Part shown: positions 59,104 to 64,000 of the stretch, piece after piece
How positions within the stretch are numbered: the first letter of the stretch is position 1
Layout: each line of letters opens with the position of its first letter
Source of the DNA: Gracilinanus agilis
Taxonomy: Eukaryota
Reading direction: 5' to 3'
NCBI RefSeq assembly: GCF_016433145.1
Contig: NC_058135.1
Location: forward strand, 165,257,439 to 165,321,438
DNA: 64,000 nt
Notes under the pieces: model-generated
What the model was told of the DNA's origin: nothing
What the model saw: only the letters and a program-made list of their open reading frames with translations
Database searches by the model: none
Position numbers and translations under genes: made by a program

Positions 59104-62100
59104 AAACCCATCCCAAATCTCTTCACTTCAGGATATACACAGATTCACACATACTTCCTCAAAGAAAGAAATGGGAAGATTTTTTTCATTTTGGCACAAT
59201 TGAGCTAGGGAAGTAGGAAGGAATAGAGAGAGCCCCACTCAGGAATAATCATGGACAAATTAGAAGTAAGTTTTCCCAAGACTACGATTAAACTCCACAC
59301 CAGCTTCAGCCTTGGGATGTCATTGATTCCTGTGGCCAAGGAATTTGTCTTTAGAAGTTCTTGCAAAAGTGAGTTCTCTAGAGAGATCTCCTTAGGGCTT
59401 ACATGCAGATAAGTAAATAAAAATAATTTGAAGAAGGGAGGGAGCACTAAACACTAGAGGGAATCAGGACAGGCTTCACAGAGGAGGTAGCTGGCTTCTC
59501 GCTATATCTTGGAAAGAACGCTAGACTGGTACTGTAGAGACCATGGTTCTAGTTTTAAGGCCACTACTACAAATAAGCTGTGTAATCATGAGCAAGTCAT
59601 TTATCCCTTCAAGGACTCAGTTTTCTTATCTATAAAATAAGGGGTTCAACTAGACAATCTCTAAACTTTTCCAGTTCTAATATTCTATGCTCTCTAGTTT
59701 TCTACTACTCTTGGCTTCTGGACAGAGGTTGGGATTTGCATGGTTGAGTAAGTCCTTCTTTGAGGAGTCTTCCACATCCTACCACTTTCCCCACCATCCC
59801 TCCCAACAAAAAGCTCTCCACTGTCCTCATCCCATCACTGTCATTGTGGGGTGCACCAAGTTACTTTTCAAACAAAAATATATATATATATATATATATA
59901 TAAACTTCTGTTTGGTGATTTTTCAGACTTTTGTAGACTAGAAGTACTCCATACATCTTGGGCAAATAGAGGGATAAACTCTACTCCCTCTCAAGAAGCT
60001 GGAAGGAAATGGAGAATATTTCTCATCATCCTTTTTCTTACAGCTTTACACAGATTCATTCATTGTACTGCCTAAATGAGCTTGGGTCAGAGCAAGAAGG
60101 ATTTTCTTTCCAAAGTCACTGTAAACCTGAGGAAAGTTTGGCTTCCAGGACATCTGGCCACAAACAACACAGTACTGTATTTATAGTCAAAGCATTACTA
60201 ATTGCCTTGTTAACAGAGCTCCTCTCCAGAGAATGAAATTTAAGCAGAGAAATATCAAAACTTGATTGAGAAAGAATTGATTTGATCCAAGGCCTGATAG
60301 TATTTCCAGCCACCAGTTTCAGTAGTCCCACTGTGCCAATAAAGCCCATTTGAATGGTATTGCCAGGAGGATATGACCTGTCAGAGCAGATTTGCAAACA
60401 GGAAAGGAGGCAGAGGCCTTTCTTGTCTAGACATCTGATTAGTACAAAATCATAGGATTATGGAGACTTTGGATCTTGCTGGCTGCCATCTCTGAGGAGG
60501 CCAAACCTAGTATGAAAAGGCCTAAAGAGGAGAAAAAAATGTATTTTCCATTTAAAAAAAATGATGAATAGTGCTTATCCACCTTTCTCCTCTGACAATC
60601 AACTATGGACCAAGGGAATAGAGACAGAAAGTAAAGGCTCTGGTTCTTGGCAGTTTAGGACTGTCTTGCATGAGTCTGTATGGCCTACTCTGGTTATCTC
60701 AGACAGAAATATTAAAGAATCTCAGCATAATTTTTTTTGACCAAATATACTTTCTTTTCTTAAGTCTCAGTTTACTTGTATGCAAAATAACAGCATCATA
60801 CTAGATCTTTTCCAGGTCCTTCCCAGTTGTCATTAATGCTATCTTCCCTTTGATCTATTTCCTGACCAGGGCTTTGCTGAAATCATAGATACTACACGAG
60901 AGCAGGAAACTAATGCACCTGATCTAAGCTCTGAAAGATCCAAGTCAAGTCAAAGCTATTTGAAAAATTATTAGGCTTGTGACTTTGTAGAACAAAGGAA
61001 AAATCAGAACTCCAGAAGGACACACTGAAGGACTCTACAAAGAGCTCAAAACTGAGTTCTTCTCCCAACTTTATCATGGCTAGCCTTGGTTTTGGAGTCA
61101 AAAAAGTCCAGGTTTAAATCTTGACTCTTCTGTTTACTAAATGTCTGACTTTGGACAAGTTAGACTGAATGATCTCAGAGAGAATGGCCTTAACAAAGGC
61201 TTAAAGATAAGAATGAACCTGATATATTTAAAGGACAAACCTGTCTGGTTATCCTAGAGATAAAGGGGATGGTAAAGCAAAAGTTTTTCAAATATGGAGG
61301 AGACATGTTTGTGCTTGAGGGCAAAAGGACTGGAGCCTGTGGAGAGGGAGAAAAGATATTCAATTTGGGATAAGTATTGAAGTGAGTTCCCTCAGGCAAG
61401 GTGAAGGGATGGGATCTAGGAAAAACATGACTCAGGATCAGATTTAGAGGGAGGTAAGGTTGACAAAGCACTGACTCTGGAGACAGATCAGCACTGTGTT
61501 AGAGATGATAGTGGAAGTAGCTCTCTCTAGACCACCATCTTAGTAAATTAGGAGAAGAGGCCCTGGCCCCAAAGTGGGGCACTCATAAGCAGTGTAGGGG
61601 CAGTTTGGGACCAGCTGCTGAGGGCAGTGCATTAGGGTGTTGATGAGAGATAAATAAGGATATTACCACCCAGTATGAGCGTCCAGCTAAAGTTGAATGG
61701 CATGAATGCCTCCTAGGCCAGGAAGGAAGGGAGAAGACATATGTAATAAGGGAAATGAGTCATAACAGTGAAGTAATCTTATGGGCAACTTGTTAAGCCC
61801 CCTGTTTGGAGACATCATTGGTATCATTTCAGATGATGCTTGGCAGCCAGTTCATGTAAAGCAGGAGAAAAGATTGCTCTTTTCTATGCCCTTGGCAAAT
61901 CGTGTCCTTCTCTCGAATACTGTTGTCTTATTCTAACAGCAAAGAAAGTACCTTTTCTTTCCTCATTGACTCATTTTCCAAATCAAGTTTGAGCAAAGAA
62001 AAATACATAGGCCTGCTTGGCTCTATAAAATGTTTAGTGTCACACTTGGTCTTGATTGGTAACAGAATAGGGTAAGATGAATAAAGCTGGGAGCAGCGTC

Positions 62101-63537
62101 CAGTAATCAAGGCAGAGGCTGGCATTTTTCATCATTTGGACAAAACAGAGGTCAAAGCTAGAGAGGGTGCTGAAAGCAGGGAAGTCCTGTAGACCCAAGC
62201 AGCAAGAGATCTGCGAGAAGCCAGGAATCTTAGGTAAGACAGAGAGGAACAAAAATCAGGTCAGGAAAATGGAAAGGAAAGGAAATGGGCAAAAGAGGTC
62301 AAGTCATAGGTTCTAAGCAATGTAAAGACAAGACCAGGTCAAAGAAACTAATTAACAAAAGGTCAAGATCCTTGGACTAGGAGAGCTGACAATCTGATTT
62401 CTTGTTCCATTTCTGCCCCTTACTAGCTGTATAACTCTGGGCAAATCTCCTAACCTTGATGAACCTTGATGAACCTCCACTTCCTTATTTGTAAAATGAG
62501 GATAATAATACCTGTCCTGCTTGCCTCAATAGGATGTGGTACAGATCAAGATAAACAACATAATAAATCAATTAAACAACCATATATTAAGCACTTATTG
62601 TACAGTACCAAAAGACATATAAAGGCAAATTATCATCCTGCCTTCATGGACCTTAGCCCTTTGAACATTGTAAAATGCTATATTAATGTAAGGAGTAATC
62701 ATCATTATGATGCCTTATATTTATATGTCACTTTACAATTTACAAAATGTTTTCCTCACAATATCCCTACGAGGTCAATTGGATAAGTATTATTGTCCCC
62801 ATTTTATGTAATTGGAAACCAAGGCTCAGATATGTTAAGTGATTTACCCACAGGGATACATCATTACAAGCAGGACTTAAAACCAGTTCTGACTCCAATT
62901 AAGTGTTTCTACTATGTCATACTACCCACCATCAGTTATCATCATCATCATCATCCTCATCACTGCCATCACCAGCACCATCATCCTTGGACTAGAGCAA
63001 TGGGTTCCAAGGAATTGTGACTTTGCTCACAGACAGAGGACCTAGAACCCAGGTTTTTGACTCTTAATCTAGGACCTTTTAATTAAAATGGATCTCACCC
63101 ATTGCCAGTCATGTGCCGCTGGGCGAGTCACATAATGTCACCATACTTCAGTTTTCTCATCTGTAAAATTAGAACAATACTTGGCTTGCTTTATCACAGG
63201 GTCATTGAAAGGAAAACCCTTTGAAAACCTTAAAGTACCCTGTAACTGTAAGTTATTTTTACTGGATAAGGCTATGAGCAGCTAGAATGGAGGTGAATAT
63301 TGAGGCACTTTAAGTGCCTTCACTTTACTATTTTTATATATCTCAATTTGGTAAGAACCAATCCTGAGGGAAAGCTGATCTGGAGGCTTGCTGGGGATGA
63401 TGATTGCTGTGACAGCTGGCCAGCATGTGGTAAGAATGTGTTGGCAAGGAGCAGACATAGTTCCCTAGCAGATCTTCATAGGATCATGAAATCTTGAGAC
63501 AGAAAAGACATTAGAGATCATATAGTTCAAGTTGTCT

Positions 63538-63780
63538 GGGGCAGGTAGATGGTGCAATGGATAGAACACTGGACTTGGAATTGGGAAGATTCATCTTCAT
63601 AATTTCAGATCTGGCCTGAGACACTTGCTAGGTATGTGACCCTGGGCAAGTCACTTAATACTGTTTGCCTCAGTTTCCTCTTCTGGAAAAGGAAGTGGCA
63701 AACCACTCCAGTATCTTTGCCAGGAAAACCCCAAATGAGACCAACAAAGAGTCAAACACAACTGAATAGCAACAACAACA
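63538..63780 (+). mobile_element. MAR1-type SINE
   Basis: Head, CORE, RTE tail (gtggcaaaccactccagtatctttgcc) and (AAC)n end. Confidence 0.88.
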
Positions 63781-64000
63781 AAGTCCAAGTCTTTCCTAAA
63801 ACATGAATTCCCTCTACAATATTTCCGACAAGTGGTCTTCCCATCACTGCCTGAAAACTTCAGGCAGTAAGGAACTATCATTTTCCACTGGGTTGGACAA
63901 GTTTGTTAGAAAGTCCATTCTTTTACATAACCAAAATCTGCCTCCCTGAAATTTTACTTGCTGGTGTTAGTTTTTGCCTTTATAGACATGCAAATAAGAA

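Noticed and set aside
1-64000. tRNA, rRNA, snoRNA, CRISPR, NUMT or endogenous filo/bornavirus sequences
   Set aside because: None recognised; tRNA-like A/B boxes occur only as SINE heads, and the tandem arrays have no unique spacers.

Overview
Mammalian, almost certainly marsupial (didelphid/Monodelphis-like) genomic DNA, judged from SINE1_Mdo-type and MAR1-type SINEs, marsupial L1 ORF1 and low CpG content. Two protein-coding genes point at each other. The terminal coding exon and 3'UTR of SCFD2 lie on the + strand (10372-10464, poly(A) signal 11534). The complete 4-exon RASL11B gene lies on the - strand (CDS 28391-28232, 27630-27574, 26201-26125, 25421-24951; 254 aa; poly(A) signal 23885-23890; CpG-island promoter about 28.05-29.0 kb). 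The rest is intronic/intergenic and dense with SINEs, MIR, L1, L2, L3/CR1, hAT DNA transposons, a probable solo LTR, microsatellites and one 330-N gap. Most other ORFs in the supplied track are spurious. Best leads: (1) an inverted pair of intact hAT MITEs, each carrying a CTCF core motif, forming a divergent CTCF pair about 24 kb upstream of RASL11B; (2) a repeat-poor upstream block with a perfect steroid response element, a perfect RFX X-box and an Ets-IRF composite element; (3) compensatory covariation in the SINE 3' hairpin; (4) a recursive-splice-type junction at RASL11B exon 3; (5) a possible divergent lncRNA. All gene and repeat names come from my recognition of the sequences, not from database searches.
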